NCBI RefSeq assembly: GCF_009914755.1
Contig: NC_060943.1
DNA length: 64,000 bases
DNA from: the human T2T-CHM13v2.0 reference genome, Homo sapiens
Direction: 5' to 3' (one strand)
Positions 23,000-44,299 of this stretch are shown here, piece by piece. A program made the position numbers and the translations under genes. The notes under the pieces are model-generated. The model saw nothing but the letters and a program-made list of their open reading frames with translations, made no database searches and had not been told where the DNA came from. How positions within the stretch are numbered: position 1 is the first letter of the stretch; the number at the start of each line of letters is the position of its first letter.

Positions 23000-24400
23000 C
23001 ATCACACTTGTGGTCCACCTAGTCTTCCCTCCTTCCCCTTGCACACCCCTGACCTTCCTACTCCCTTCCTCTAATCCCCAGAACTAGGGTGGACGTTTGG
23101 CCACGTTCCCATCACACTTCCGGTCCTCCGAGTTTCCCTCCCCTCCCTGACCTTGAGTGGACACTTGGCCCTGTCCACCCTCACTTTCAGGCAGGACCCA
23201 TCTCCCAGAAACATAAGTGCCGTCAGTCCCAACTCCTGCACACTTCCGGCTCTCCCAGTCCTCCCCTTCTTTCTCGACTTTGAAACTGGTGGAACTTCAG
23301 TACCTCTCCCCACTCCCCCCGCGACTTCCGTCTTCCAGTCCCCCTCCTTCCCCAAAAGTTGTGTGGACTCTAGCCCCGCCTCCTACATTCTCCCCGCCCT
23401 CCCTGTCCCCGCCCCTCCACCCAGATGGACGGCCAGTTAGGCCCGCCCCCTGCACTTCCGGCCCTACCCGCCCTTCCTCTTCCCAAGGGACGTCATAATT
23501 AATCCCGCCCCCACCGCCACCCAACCAAGCATCACCCATTCCAGCACTTCCGGCCTGACCCCTGTCCAGCGCCTTTCCTTTCTCCAGCTTCTGCTCTGCC
23601 CCAAGAGTGGTCGCCTTCGTGGCAGGGCACGACTCTCTCCCAGCTCGGGTCGCCGCCCACATTAGTGTGGGGCCCTGCGGCCTAGCGTCCCTCACCAGAG
23701 GCCTCCCCTTGCCTAGCTGGACCGCCGAGGGACATCGACGAGTATCCTCCTCCTGCTGTCCCCGGCTTCGCCTGCCGCCCCTAACCGGCCAGTCAAGATG
23801 GCCGCCGCTGGGTGAGGCAAGCTGGCGCGCCGCGGGGGCGTCTGGGAGTTGTAGTTCGGGACGGCGGGCTGACGCACTTCGCCGCCGGCCGACGGGCGCC
23901 ATTGTGCGGCGCGCGCCGGGTGAGTGCCGCGCGAAACCTGCGTCCGTCGGGGGCTGCGCTGGGCGGGTCCAGAACCGTTAGTTGGGGGCGAGCGCGGCCT
24001 CTGCATTTTCCGCCGAGCTCGGGTACCCTGAGCCGGCCGTGCCTGCAGTCCTCCCGCCGCTCTGTGGGATGGGGTCGGTGACCCGGAACCCCGAGGGGAG
24101 ACAGTGCTTTCGGGGCGCCGCGGTGGAGAGAACAGATCGCCTCCGGAAGCGTGGGGTCTGGGCCAGGGAGGCGATCCCCTCCGATGCGCGGGACAGAGGA
24201 GGCTCGGTGTCCTCTCGGGGAGGGGAAAACTGGTCCTATCCAGTCCTGTGGGAGTCCTATGACTCACTCTGGGCGTTTTCCAGTTTGGGTGGACTTGTCA
24301 TTTCCCGCTGAGGGAGCCGTTCCTGGGCGGAGGCTGCGGTAGCTCCCCAGCGGACACCTTAAGCCTCTCCCTCCCCTCCCAACTTCGGTTTCCTCAGGAC
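23000..24400 (+). promoter_or_regulatory. ZNF274: CpG-island promoter of ZNF274
   Basis: GC/CpG-rich. ETS/GABPA cores CACTTCCGG at 23115, 23241, 23453, 23545; GC boxes (CCCCGCCC/CCCGCCC) 23370-23510; YY1 motif CAAGATGGCCGCC 23794-23806; ZNF143/SBS motif TCTGGGAGTTGTAGT 23841-23855; CGCCATTGT 23897-23905. Confidence 0.9.
23800..23919 (+). other. ZNF274: ZNF274 non-coding exon 1 (5' end approximate)
   Basis: Strong donor CGG|GTGAGT at 23919/23920 inside the CpG island; next acceptor tttcctcAG ends at 24397. Confidence 0.75.
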
Positions 24401-24442
24401 TCTGCCCACTTCCACCAGAGACACATTGAGAAGGAGGAAACT

Positions 24443-24475
24443 ATGGCCTCCAGGCTTCCGACGGCCTGGTCCTGT
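24443..24475 (+). CDS. ZNF274: ZNF274 coding part of exon 2 (exon 24398-24475), MASRLPTAWSC
   Basis: Acceptor AG ends 24397; Kozak-type actATGG at 24443; donor GTGAGT at 24476; phase 0. Confidence 0.93.
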
Positions 24476-24690
24476 GTGAGTAGAGGCTTCCTTCAGCTTT
24501 TGAGTCCGCTACTGCACCTGGGAGGATGCGGATGGTGGTGAGATACCACCTTCCCTGAGATACCCCCATCCTCCAGAGCACCTCGGGGAGGGGGTAGAGA
24601 TTGGTTGGGCATGAGAGATCCTGCGTGATGGTGGAACCGCAGGTTGCTTGGTTTTCCAAGGGTGTAGTTAGAATAGAGACCAGATTGTAG

Positions 24691-25011
<321 letters not shown>

Positions 25012-25401
25012 TGACCTAAGGTGATCCGACCATCTCGGCCTCCCAAAGGTCTATGCAGGGATCAGGCTTATGTTTAGATTTCAGCAGATAAATTGGCATC
25101 AAGCAAGAGGTGACAGCAGCAGAGTTCAATAACAAGTAGAAAAGACAGGTGAGGATGGATCCCTGACAGGTGAAGGAGATAGAAAGAAGCATCAGGGCCC
25201 TGGGTAGGGGCTGACGGCTTGGGTGTGATGGTGCAGCTCAGAGAATTCCCTAGGAGGCATACGCACCACTCCCAAAGTCAGAATTTTCAAATGAATAAGA
25301 AATAGGGGGCCGGGCGCGGTGGCTCACGTCTGTAATCCCAGCACTTTGGGAGGCCGAGGCAGGTGGATCACGAGGTCAGGAGATTGAGACCATCCTGGCT
25401 A

Positions 25402-25683
<282 letters not shown>

Positions 25684-25789
25684 TCAGGAGTTCGAGACCA
25701 GCCTGACCAACATGGTGAAACCCCATCTCTACTAAAAATACAAAAATTAGCCGGGCATGGTGGTATGCGCCTGTAATCCCAGCTACTCA

Positions 25790-25891
<102 letters not shown>

Positions 25892-26183
25892 TCAAAACAA
25901 TAGATAAATAAATTAAATAAATAAATAAATAAATAAAATGGACAGATTTTCATATGCTACAGAGATCTCATGTGTTGCTCTCCTTATTGTAACCTGAATA
26001 GAGTCAAGCTTGGGTTTGCTTGGGGTTTCAGACAAAGACAGGAACTCAGGATGAGACTCCCAAAATGCCCTTGGGTCATCTTGTAGACCATTCTGTGCTT
26101 TCACTGGCCTGGTCAGCCTCCCCTGTCTTTCTTTTGTCGTGGATGCGGATGGCCTGTGGCTGAACAAGAATCTGGATTTTTAG

Positions 26184-26360
<177 letters not shown>

Positions 26361-27421
26361 TAGCACCTCTGAAGTATGTGTCTGCTTGGGCTCAGACTGC
26401 AGGGGCACCAGTAGGAAAAGGGCAGCTTTTCAGTATGACTTCTGAATCATTGCCTAGTCCATCCCTCCCTGAATACCAGGGAGATGGGTCTGTCAGGGAT
26501 GTTTTCAGCTGCAGTAGTGGATGCTTATTGTTCTTGCAACAAGAGTTCCGGCCAGGCATGGTGGCTCACTTTAGGAGACTGAAGCAGGAGGATTGCTTGA
26601 GCCCAGGAGTTTGAGACCAGCATGGGCAACATAGACCGTGTCTCTATTAAAAAAAAAAAAAAAAGAAACTCCACAGAAATTCCAGACAATGCGATGCCAG
26701 TGTCCCAACAGCTTAGGAGTAGCATCAAAGAGCCTGTCCCTGCCAGGCACGGTAGCTTACGCCTGTAATCCTGGCACTTTGGGAGGCTGAGGCAGGCAGA
26801 TCAGTTGAGGTCAGGAGTTCTAGACCAACCTGACCAACATGATGAAACCCTGTCTTTACTAAAAATACAAAAATTAGCCGAGCACCCCAGCTACTCAGGA
26901 GGCTGAGCCAGGAGAACTGCTTGAACATGGGAGGTGGAGGAGATTGCAGTGAGCTGAGATCAGATCACAGCACTCCAGCTTGGGCAACTGAGCAAGACTC
27001 CGTCTCAAAAAAAAAAAAAAAAAAAAAGCCTGTCCCTTCAAACTCTGGTTATTGTGAACCTTTCCATGTTCCCCCTAGTCATTGCACAGCTGTGGCTCCA
27101 AGCATTGCATCTGTGTTCAAGGCAGAAACAAGGAGAAGGGGTAGCCCTTTCACAGCTGTCATGTTTAACCAGAAAGCAAAAGCTTTCCCAGCTGACCGAT
27201 CTCCCTTTGTGTCTGGCTGACCAGAACTGGACCCCTTAGCTGCTTGGCAAAGGAGTCTAGGAAAGCCAACAACAGGGATGGATGGAGTTGTGTTCACTGC
27301 TCTAGGCCAGAAGTCATGTGCCTTAGCAGGGGAGAAGCTGGAGACGGCTTGTGCTGCAGTAGGATAGCATTTTCTCCTGAACACAGACCCCCACAAGCCC
27401 TGTCTCTTTTCCTTTGAGCAG

Positions 27422-27517
27422 AACATCAGCTTTCCAAACCAGATGTGGTATCTCAGTTAGAGGAGGCAGAAGATTTCTGGCCAGTGGAGAGAGGAATTCC
27501 TCAAGACACCATTCCAG
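27422..27517 (+). CDS. ZNF274: ZNF274 exon 4, KRAB-B box
   Basis: 96-nt phase 1-1 exon, (E)[31 protein letters not shown]; cAG acceptor and GTGAG donor. Confidence 0.95.
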
Positions 27518-27839
27518 GTGAGAACCAGACATGGGAAGCCCCCACAGGGAAGGGGCCAACTGATGAGTCAGGGACCAGTATCTTGGAAAAGCAGTAGACA
27601 TTGGGATACCCCAGGTGGGATGCTGTGATGAGCAGTTGCAGAACCAAACTCGAAGTTTTTCTCTGGCTCCACAGTCAGCAGTGTCCTACTTGGTTGAAAG
27701 TGAACCTGTTGCTGGTGGCAGGTGATACTTGTGTTGACAGTAGGGGCTCCCTTAGTCTGTTACACGCATTGTCTACTGCCCTCCCCTCATAATCACTGGT
27801 AACCCTGGTGTGTATTTCCAGCCAGACTTTCTTATATAG

Positions 27840-28512
<673 letters not shown>

Positions 28513-28876
28513 TAACAGCTTCAGTGTGGTCCACATTTGATTTTTCTTCTTTTGGTGGACATTAAATTTACTGCAGAAAACTTCCTTGCATACTTTTTTT
28601 TTGCACGAACAAGTTGGTTTTTCTGTAGGTTGGATTTCTAAATATGGAACTACAAGATCAGCCAATGTTGTAAACTAAAAATCTGGTAGTGACAAATTGC
28701 CATCTCAAATCCTTTAAGGCCAGGCACAGTGGCTCACACCTGTAATCCCAGCACTTTGGGAGGCTGAGGTGGGAGGTTGTTTGAGACCCTGTCTCTATAA
28801 AGAAAATAAAATAGGACAGGCACGGTGGCTCATGGCTGTAATCCCAGCACTTTGGGAGGCCAAGGCAGGCAGATCA

Positions 28877-29200
<324 letters not shown>

Positions 29201-30375
29201 TTAAAAATAGGCCAGGCACCAGGGGCTCATGCCTGTAATCCCAGCAATTTGGGAGTCCAAGGCAGTAGGATTGCTTGAGGCTAGGAGTTTGAGGTTATAG
29301 TAAGCTGTGATCATGCCACTGCACTCTAACCTGGTTGACAGTGAGACCCTGTCTCAAAAAAAAAAATTAAAAATCCTTCAGCCTACGTAGAGTTGGCTGA
29401 AGTAAATGACAACTCTTTTTCTTCTTTATCAACAGCAATTTGTAATGGTCTTTTTAAGGTTTGCAGATCTGATGGGATAAATACAATATGTTCAATTTAG
29501 TTCACATTTTCCGCACAACGGACCAAGTTGGACATATTTTATAAATCTATGGCCTGTTTGTATTTTTTCTTTTGTGAGTTCATATATTTTCTCATTTTTT
29601 TCTTGTTTGTGGGAATTCTCTATGTTCTGGATGTTAATATTGAAATATCATATCCCAGACCATATATTGTCTACCTTTATGTAGTCTCTATACAGAAGTT
29701 TTATAATTTCTTTTTCTTTTCAAATATGTCTTTGTTTCTGTTTTAGATTCTGTATCATATATAGGTAGATTATCCAAACACTTTAGTGTGTTGTGGTATT
29801 TGTTATATACCTCGAACTGCTGCGCTCAAGCAGTCCTCCTGACTCAGACTCCCAAAGTGCTGGGATCACAGCACTTAAATTTTTTTCTTTTTAGTTCAGT
29901 TTATCTGGAATTTCGTTTTATATATGGGTGGGGTTCATCCTCTGCTTATTGGAAATATCATATTTGTCATGGGCTAAATAGCTGTCTTTATATACTGGCC
30001 TCTATGGGCTCTCCCTTGATCTTTTCTGTCTCTGAGTAAATGCCATGTTACTGTACTTTGATATATAGTAGTTCCCCTTGTCATTTAAAAAAAAGAAAAA
30101 GTCTTAGCTGGCTTTAGCGATCTATTTCTCCAGATGAACACTTATTCTCAGCTTGTCAGTGTTCATTGAGAAAATCTTGTTGGGATGTGTATTACATTTA
30201 ATTAGGTTTTCATTATTACTATTACCTGATCAGGTTAATCCTGCCTCATGGTCTTGCATAGTTGTTCCAGATGAACCTGTCATGCTCTTAAATTCTTTGA
30301 TCTTTTTTGGCCGGGCGGGCACGGTGGCTCACACCTGTAATCCCAGCACTTTGGGAGGCTGAGGTGGGCAGATCA

Positions 30376-30585
<210 letters not shown>

Positions 30586-31547
30586 CTATCTCAAAAAAAA
30601 AAAAAAAAATTTATCTCTCTCTTTTTTTTTTTTTTTTGAGATGGAGTCTCCCTCTGCCACCCAGGCTGTAGGGCAGTGCGATCTCAGCTCACTGCAACCT
30701 CCATCCTCTGGGTTCAAGTGATTCTCGTGCCTCAGCCTCCTGAGTAGCTGGGACTACAGGCATGTGCCACTATGCCCGGCCAATTTTTTAATCATCTGTA
30801 ACAGTTGTGTTACATCATGTAGTTGTATTCATCATGGATAGTATATCCAAAATTGTGTGAAGCTCAGAGTTTAAAGAGTTGGTATCTAGTCTCTGACTTA
30901 AATGGAAAAGTTTCTAGGTTTTGATGAGCTTAATGCTAGATTCTGCTTTGATTCAAATCAGTTTTATCTGGATTAACAAATAGTCATGTTGTCTTTCCTG
31001 ATGAATAAAAATCGGTAATATCTTCTATTTCCCTTCTAGAGCATACTAAAGTGGTCACACAATTCTTCTCCTTTGAGCAGTTAACATAGGAGTATAATAG
31101 ATGTAGAAGTTTTGTAACGTGCTGCTGGAGTCTTGAATTTTTAAAGGGTTTCTGTGTCAGTATTCATAAATTATGTTGGGGAGGTGGTTTTCTTTGTGTG
31201 TTTGCTTGGTCAGCTTTTCTGTCAGTGTGCTGAATGCTTTCCCTTCTCTTTGTTTTCTGTGCTGTGGTGCAAGTGGCATCAGAACTGCCCACTTCTGGCA
31301 GTATTGAGCTGTGACATCTGCACCTAACCCCCATCCTTGGTGATGACCTGTTTGCCACAGAATAGAGGGCTAGAGTCTTTCTCTGTGACTCTCCCCAACC
31401 CCCAACCTTTCTGGGGGCCCTGTTTCTGATTTCTTCGTATTTCAGCTTCCTGGCTCAGCATTAGTATTTTGGTTTTTGTTTCCACATTCAAAGTTTTTCC
31501 TTCCATTCCCTTCACTGAAAATCTTTGTTAGCAAAAGAGGTCACTAA

Positions 31548-31826
<279 letters not shown>

Positions 31827-32984
31827 TGATCTTTTGAACTTGTGATCTGCCCACCTCGGCCTCCCAAAGTGCTGGTATTATAGGCGTGAGCCACTGCCCC
31901 CGGCCCAGCCTCCTGATCTTCCTTTTGGTCTTTATGTCTCTGGATTACTCAGGCTGTGACAAGTCTGCGTTTCATCCTTCTTGGAGCTGAGGACTCATGT
32001 CCTGAATGGGCAAACCTCCAGGCCATACACTTCTGGATGATCTGGTAGTATCCTAAATCTGGCTGATGTCTGGGGCACTGTGGGTGCCACACATCTTGGG
32101 AGAGCTGACTCCACAGGTGACAGATTCAGGGTGGTGTCCCAGAGTCAGAGGCCACATGAGGGGAGGCTCATCAGGAGGTACTGTTGCAGTCTCAGCCTGA
32201 GGTGATGGGTGTCCAACTCATCTCTGCTCTGTCACAGAAAGAGTCCTTAATTAGATGCTGTCCTTCCTCTTCTCCTTCTTCCACCTCACAGATACTTATG
32301 GAGGGCCTTTTCTGTCCCATGCAATATACTTACTAAAAACTTCGGTGATAAACCAAAGCACTTACATAATCTCTACCATCTTAGACTTCATAGTCTAAAC
32401 AATGATGGCCTTTTACAAACATGTTACACAGATACAGTGATAAATGTACTGAGAAGGAAAAAAGCCTGATATAAAGAAGGGGAGCAGTGGGGAATTACTT
32501 CAGAAGACCTAGTCAGGGGACACTGCAGGGGTGAGATTTTAGCCAATTCCTGAAGGAAAATAAGTCCGTGGACATATAGGATTGGTGGTGAAGACAGCTT
32601 CTAGGCATGGAGGCACCATTTGAGGTGACTGTCAGATGGGAAAGAACTTAGCATTTCGAGGGCCACTTCGAGCCTAGTGGACTAGGAGTAGGTAAAATGA
32701 AGGGATGTGACATTGCTTTTCACAGCTCACTCTGGGTGGCTGTGAAGAAAGAATTGTGGTATGTCACAGATTGGAGGCAGGCAGGGCCCGCAGTTATACT
32801 TGGTAATACCTGCTAACATGTGGTAATAAGTGGCCTGAGAGTAACAGCACATTTGGGGAAAATCAGGTGTGTGTGATTCATAGGTGGACTCAGTGGACCT
32901 AGGTGAGTGATTGAGAGGGATGAAAGAACAAGCCATCAAGAATTTCTCGTAGGTGACTGCGTCTAACATATTTCATACGTAAAG

Positions 32985-33820
<836 letters not shown>

Positions 33821-34037
33821 TAGCCAGGATGGTTTCGATCTCCTGACCTCATGATCTGCCTGCCTTGGCCTCCCAAAGTGCTGGGATTACAGGTGTGAGC
33901 CACCGCGCCTGGCCTTTTTTTTTTTTTTTTTTTTTTTGGAGAGTCTCGCTCTGTCATCCAGGCTTCTGTAGTGCAGTGGTGCAATCTCGGCTCATTGCAA
34001 CCTCTGCCTCCTGGGTTCAAGTGATTCTCCTACCTCA

Positions 34038-34424
<387 letters not shown>

Positions 34425-34773
34425 CTATATCACATATGAGATAAAAGGGTCAGATGTGGTGGCTCACACCTGTAATCCCAACACTTTGGGATGCCAAAGC
34501 AGGAGGATTGCTTGAGGCCAGATGTTTGAGATCAGCTTGGGAAACATGGTGAATACAAGTCTCTGCAAAAAAATAACAAAAATTAGCTGGGTGTGGAGGC
34601 AGGAGGATCACTTCAGCCTGGGAGGTTGAGATTGCAGTGCACCACTGCACTCCAGCCTTTGTTTCAAAAATATGTGTGTGTGTGGGTGTGTGTGTGTGTA
34701 TGATAAGGGAGAACAATTATTTCTGAGTTTTTGGCATTAGCCAAGGATGTGGGGATGTCTGGTAAAGACCTAG

Positions 34774-35007
<234 letters not shown>

Positions 35008-35470
35008 TAGCTGATATTTTGGACTTTTTAGTAGAGACAGGGTTTCACCATGTTGGCCAGGCTGGTCTCAAATCCCTGACCTGAAGTGATCCTCCCACCT
35101 GGGCCTCCCAAAGTGCTGGGATTACAGGTGTGAGCCACCACACCTGGTCTGTTTTTTACTTTTTGTGTTGAAATAATTTTTAATCTTTTTCTTCGGCCGG
35201 GCGCGGTGGCTGATGTCTATAATGCCAGCACTTTGGGAGGCCAAGGCGGGTGGATCACCTGAGAAGTTCGAGACCATCCTGGCTAACTCGGAAACCCCAT
35301 CTCTACTAAAAATACAAAAAATAGCCGGGCACGGTGGCGGGCGCCAGTAGTCCCAGCTACTCAGGAGGCTGAGGCAGGAGAATGGCATGAAGCCGGGAGG
35401 CGGAGCTTGCAGTGAGCTGAAATAGCACCTCTGCACTCCAGCCTGGGCGACAGAGTGAGACTCCATGTCA

Positions 35471-37840
<2,370 letters not shown>

Positions 37841-38889
37841 GAAATGTCTCATCCTATTTTTATATCATGTCGTAGAGAAGGCAAACCCTACATAAAACAC
37901 TGATAAGTATATAAATGTAGTCTTGTCTCTTCTAATTTGCTTATTATCTGACCTGAACATCTAGAACAAATATTTAAAATATGGATGAGAGCAGGTGTTC
38001 TTTTACTTCTGTATGTCCCCATTTGCTAACACAATGACTGAATTACTAGGAACTCAGTACATAACGTTGAGTGAATAGATGTCTGAAGAAGTTGCAGGAG
38101 ACAAGAATATGTCTTCAAAGAGAAGACTGAATACAAGGCCAGGCTTTGAAACAAAAGGGTAGGTAAGAGAGGGTAAAGGAAAATCTTGAGAGAGTGCTAC
38201 AAAGAACTCTGCGGGGCCCACATTCTTGGCAACTAGGTTGAGTCTGGAATGTTGGGTGGCTGTCAAACATGTTTTGGCTGGAATTCAGTGAAGCAGAGTC
38301 ATTTCATGCTTTGTGATCTTTTATTGAAGAACACTTTACATTCTCTGCCACCTCCCACATATCTGATCTCTAAGACCTGTGTAAATCGTGATCCTCTTAT
38401 CTGGGGATCACTCTCCCTGTGTTCTAGGGCTTGTACTCAGGGATAACTTCAAAGTCTGAAATGTCTTAAGTAGTAATTAAGAAGGAAAACAAACGAACTA
38501 AGTGTTTGAAGCAGACATTTTTGGGGGGAAAGAAAAATACCATCAACAGTCCTATAGAAAGAGGAACAATGGCTTTAAGAAAAAAAAAGAAGAATAAATG
38601 AGTCAGAAATAGAGAAGAAAAAAATATTCCAAGAGCTCATTTTCTGGATAGGCAGAATGCCAAAATGACTTTGAGTAAGTAAAGAATAAATAACCAACCA
38701 GTAAACCTATACAGGGGAAAAGAACCTGTACAGATATTTTACATGTAGTTTTTAGTTACAGTAGTTTGCACAGCTGTTACAAAGAATGAGCAACCTCTTT
38801 ATGTATTGATTTGAAACCACATGTGTGTACTTAAAGTATATGACATTTTAATATATAAATATACATAAACTATTTCTTAAAATTTAAGT

Positions 38890-38946
38890 GTGCTTGCTTT
38901 GGCTTCACATATACTAAAATTGGAACAGTACAGAGAAGATGAGCAT
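38890..38946 (+). pseudogene. 3'-truncated U6 snRNA pseudogene
   Basis: GTGCTTGCTTTGGCTTCACATATACTAAAATTGGAACAGTACAGAGAAGATGAGCAT resembles U6 nt 1-57; flanked by AAAATTTAA direct repeats. Confidence 0.88.
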
Positions 38947-41235
38947 AAAAATTTAAAAATAACAAAATACATAGTCAAGTGCGAACACACAAACATGGTT
39001 GTGTGTCAGTTGATCATCAGTGGAAAGACATGGAGACTTCTTTGGAATTTTATATTAATTTTCGGAGGTGCTGCCCATAACTGTGATCATATGGAAATGG
39101 TAGCTCCTTCCTGTTGTGTCACTGCTTCCTGGTCCAGTTCCTGACACAGTATAGGTGCTCAGTAATTATTTGTTGAGTGTAGGAATGAACAAACAAAACA
39201 TGGAAAGATTTTTGGAAAAGTGTAGAGTTGCCAAAATTAGTCCTAGGAGAAATATTAAAATTAACTTTGACTTTTTTTTTTTTTTTTTTTAGAACAAATT
39301 GACCACTTGCATCTGAGTACTGCCCTGAGCAGTGGAGATTTTTTAACTTCCCATTAAAGACAGGGATGGGTGCAGTGGCTCACCCATCTCAGCACCTTGG
39401 GAGGGTGAAGTGGGAGAATTGCTGGAGCCAGGAATTGGAGACCACCCCGGGCAGCATAGCAATTCCTGGTCTCTACAAAAAATTTAAAAATTAGCCATGT
39501 GTGCTGGGGTGCGCACCTCTGAAATACTATTAAAATGATACTATTTGGCTGGGCACGGTGGCTCAGTCCTGTAATGCTGGCACTTTGGGAGGCCGAGGCA
39601 GGTGGATCACCTGAGGTCAGGAGTTTGAGACCAGCCTGGCAAACATGTCAAAACCCTGTCTCTACTAAAACTACAAAAAATAGCCAGGTGTGGTGGTGGG
39701 CGCCTGTAATCCCAGCTACTTAGGAGGTTGAGACAGGAGAATTGATTGAACCCGGGAGGCGGAGGTTGCAGTGAGCCGAGATTGTGCCACTACACTTCAG
39801 CCTGGGCGACAGAGCAAGACTCTGTCTAAAAAAAAAAAGATTCAGCAAAATGACATTACAAAATAAATTCATAGTAATAGCTTGGCTTGGCCAGGTATGG
39901 TGGCTCACACCTGTACTGGAGTGGCTCAATCCTGATACTTTGGGAGGCCAAGGTGAATGGATCACTTGAGGCCAGGAGTTCAAGACCAGCCTGGCCAACA
40001 TGGTGAAACTCTGTCTCTACTAAAAATACAAAAACTTAGCCGGGCGTGGTGGCGTGCACCTGTAATTCGGGAGGCTGAGGCATGAGAATTGCTTGAACTC
40101 AGGAGTTGGATGTTGCCATGAGCAGAGATCGCACTACTGCAGTCCAGCCTGGCTTATGGTGCGAGATTCCATCTCAAAAAGAAAGAAAAAGCTTTGGTTT
40201 ACACCAGGAATATCAAATTTGACATGGATATACAAAATACATTAATACCTTTAAAAAGTTATACCAAAGAATAAATTATTAAAGAATGAGCAGGACCTAT
40301 TTGAAGAAAGTTGTAAGTGCTGGAGTGTGGAAGACTTGATAAATAGAAGTATTAACTTATTTTGAGGGCTTAAAAAGGCTAGAAGTACTGATGTCCTTTT
40401 CCTGAGTCCTGAAGTCATTCTAGCCATCAACCTCTGGAGAAATGCTGCTGGGGCCATTTTACCATGGGACCAGAAATACAAGTCCCTGACATGGGCTTGG
40501 CTGAGAAGAAGCAAGTGGGGTGCAAACTATGTGTGCTTTCATGTTGCAAAGAAGCTGTGTTGAATCAACAAATATTACTTGAGCACTTGCCAGGATTCCA
40601 GGTATTGTTCCAGGGCTGGATCACAGTGATGAGTGGGGCAGGTCTTACACCTGCTTTCATTGGGCCTACATCCATTCCATGGCTGATTGGATCAACAAAA
40701 ATGAAGTTGCCCATTCAGTACCTCAATTGCACTGGGCACCTTTCAACTGCTCATTGGCCCTGCAGCTAATGCTACTATGTTGGACAGTACAGATCTAGAA
40801 CATCTCATTTATAGAAAGTTCCATTGGACAGCACTGCTCTAGATAGGGTGATAGACATGATAAATTAATGAATCAGATATTTGGGATGGTAATGAGTGTT
40901 GGAAAGAGAAGGAAACAATGGGATACATTGGTGGGGGACAAGCGAGGTACGGGTGGGCAGCAGTAGTTCAGAACTAAGTAGGAAGATGGTTCTGAGGAGG
41001 TGACGTTTGAGCTCAGAGCTGAATGGGAAAGGCGAACCAGGTGAAGATGTTGGGGAAGGTGAACCAGGCGAAGATGTTGGGGAAGACTATACCAGGCAGG
41101 AGGGTGGTGCACATGTGGATCTCTGGATGAAAGGCCATATTCTAGGAAAACTAAGATGGTGGCTGTGGGAGACCCCTTTAGCGTCAAGGACATGAAATAA
41201 CAGGGTTTGGAACCCGGCTCCTTTGTTGCCCACTA

Positions 41236-42137
<902 letters not shown>

Positions 42138-44299
42138 TAGCTAACTTTTGTGTTTTTAGTAGAGACGGGGTTTCACCATATTGGCCAGGCTGGTCTCAAA
42201 CTCCTGACCTTGTGATCTGCCCACCTCGGCCTCCCAAAGTGCTGGGATTACAGGCATGAGTCACCGCACCAGGCATATTTCTTTTGTGTATGGTGTACAT
42301 TTGCTTCCTGGGACTGTGGGCAGCCTTCGTGAAATGATGGTACTGTCATTGATTCAAAAACTGAGTAACGTAAAGATGATCAGCAGCCTTTGGCAGATCC
42401 TCTACTTAGGGGTGTGAGATCCACAAGTCCCAGTTGGCAGCCTCAGTGGTACACTGGAGGAGACAGATGCAGAAGGTAATCCAACAGGGAGCTTAGGGGC
42501 ACTGAGGGAATGATGAGAGAGAACAGGAGAGCTGAGAGCTTTCCAGACAAGGAGGAAAAGTGATGGGGTACTGTGCCCAGGGATTAGGGGAGCTGAGGGT
42601 AAGTACTCTTCTGACTTTTCCCCCACAAGCTGCTAAAAAGATCATTGCTTTTCGTTATATTTTGGACTGGTATACCTGGCTAATCAGCATTCACTGGCAA
42701 ACAGCACTGTGAGGAAGACAGCTGCCTAAGGCCTGTTTGTCACCCTGGAAGGGAAGCAGCAGAGAGGTAGAAGTATCCTGAGAGAAGAAAATAGTGTCAA
42801 GAGGGAGAAAGCAGCAGCTCCCATCAAGCCCTTACCACATGCTGTGCCTGGACTTTGGTATCTCATCGCTTTGGGTGAAGAAACTCAGGCTCAAGAAGTT
42901 AATCTCTCTTGATTAAACCCCTTGCTTTGAGCCTCAGTGAATTTGTTTCACAACCCATTAGACAGACAGTTGTAGGTGAGGTGACTACATTGCTACGGGC
43001 TCATTCAGTTGCTGGACTGAAAGCCATTTGGAGCTCCAGCTGATAGGGATTATGCAGCTCCACATGAGTGGGTTGGGTCAGTCATGTCTGTGGAATGAGA
43101 TGGGTGGAATGAGAATCCAGTTCCACCTCTGCCTGGTGGTGAACTTAAGAGCTTCCATTTTCTCCTCCATGAAGTGGAGCAGCTAATTTCCTGCAATAGA
43201 CAGTGGTAAGGATTGCCCTAAAGGTCTTGGGATAGTCTATGGGTTGACATTTGGAGGACTGAGGTGCACAGAATGAGTCCATCACTTCCTCACCAGTTTC
43301 TGGGTTTGTGGTCTCTCTGTTCACTGTGGTGTCCTTGGTTCCACAGCATGCAAAAGGTGCTTTATGATAACTGTGTACAGAACAGAGTGTGGGGCCTCAT
43401 GGGTTAATAATAAAGATTAAAGCAGAAGTAAGTACATTAGAAAGGGGTGGGGTGGAGTAGAAGAATCCAACAGTTGTTTTCCTAGGGGCCAAGGCATGAA
43501 AATCCCTCGATTAAGGAATACAAAAATGAAATTTTAGAAATTTATGAAGTAACGTTTAAGATGTTTAAGTGTCATGCATGGTTACCTAAAATAGTACTGG
43601 TGGCCCAGTGCTGGTCTGCCACTTAGCCCCCCCCCAGGAAGTACAGATTCAGTTGGTGCATGTCCCATGTCCTAGGCACTTAGTCCGGTGCTGCTGGGCC
43701 TCCAGTAAATCTTATCCCCAGCTGCTTCTCAGGAAAAATTCAAGCCTTAAGAGCTGTAATTGGGCTGGGCACGGTGGCTCACACCTGTAATCCCAGCACT
43801 TTGGGAGGCCGAGATGGACGGATCACCTGAGGTGAGGAGTTCGAGACCAGCCTGGCCAAGATGGCGAAACCCTGTCTCTACTAAAAATACAAAAATTAGC
43901 TGGGCCTGGCGGTGGGCGCCTGTAATCCCAGCTGCGGCTGAGGCAGGAGAATTGCTTGAACCCGGGAGGCGGAGGTTGCAGTGAGCCGAGATCCCTCCAC
44001 TGCACTCTAGCGTGGGCGACTAAGAGCGAAACTCCGTCTCAAAAAAAAAAAAGAAAAGAAAAAAACGCTGTAATTGAAAGAAAATAAATGAAGTATGCTT
44101 TCAAATTAAGAAAAGTTACTTGGGGCGAAGTAAGTCCCCAGAAGTCCTAAGAAACAGAAAGGGAATTAAATACAGATCAGAGCATTTATAAATGAGTTGG
44201 AGAGGCCAAGCCCCCAAAATGAAAATACCTCAAAAGCTTATTTGGGGGAAGAGGTTGGAATTAGGTGCACAAGTGTGTCTGATTAATCTTATCAAGAAG

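Noticed and set aside
23297-24342. Long GC-rich ORFs (up to 201 aa) on both strands
   Set aside because: Stop-poor CpG island; low-complexity R/P/G/A composition with no recognisable domain.
41031-41084. 27-bp two-copy tandem repeat (and a 17-bp one near 19400)
   Set aside because: Ordinary slippage duplications with no evident function.
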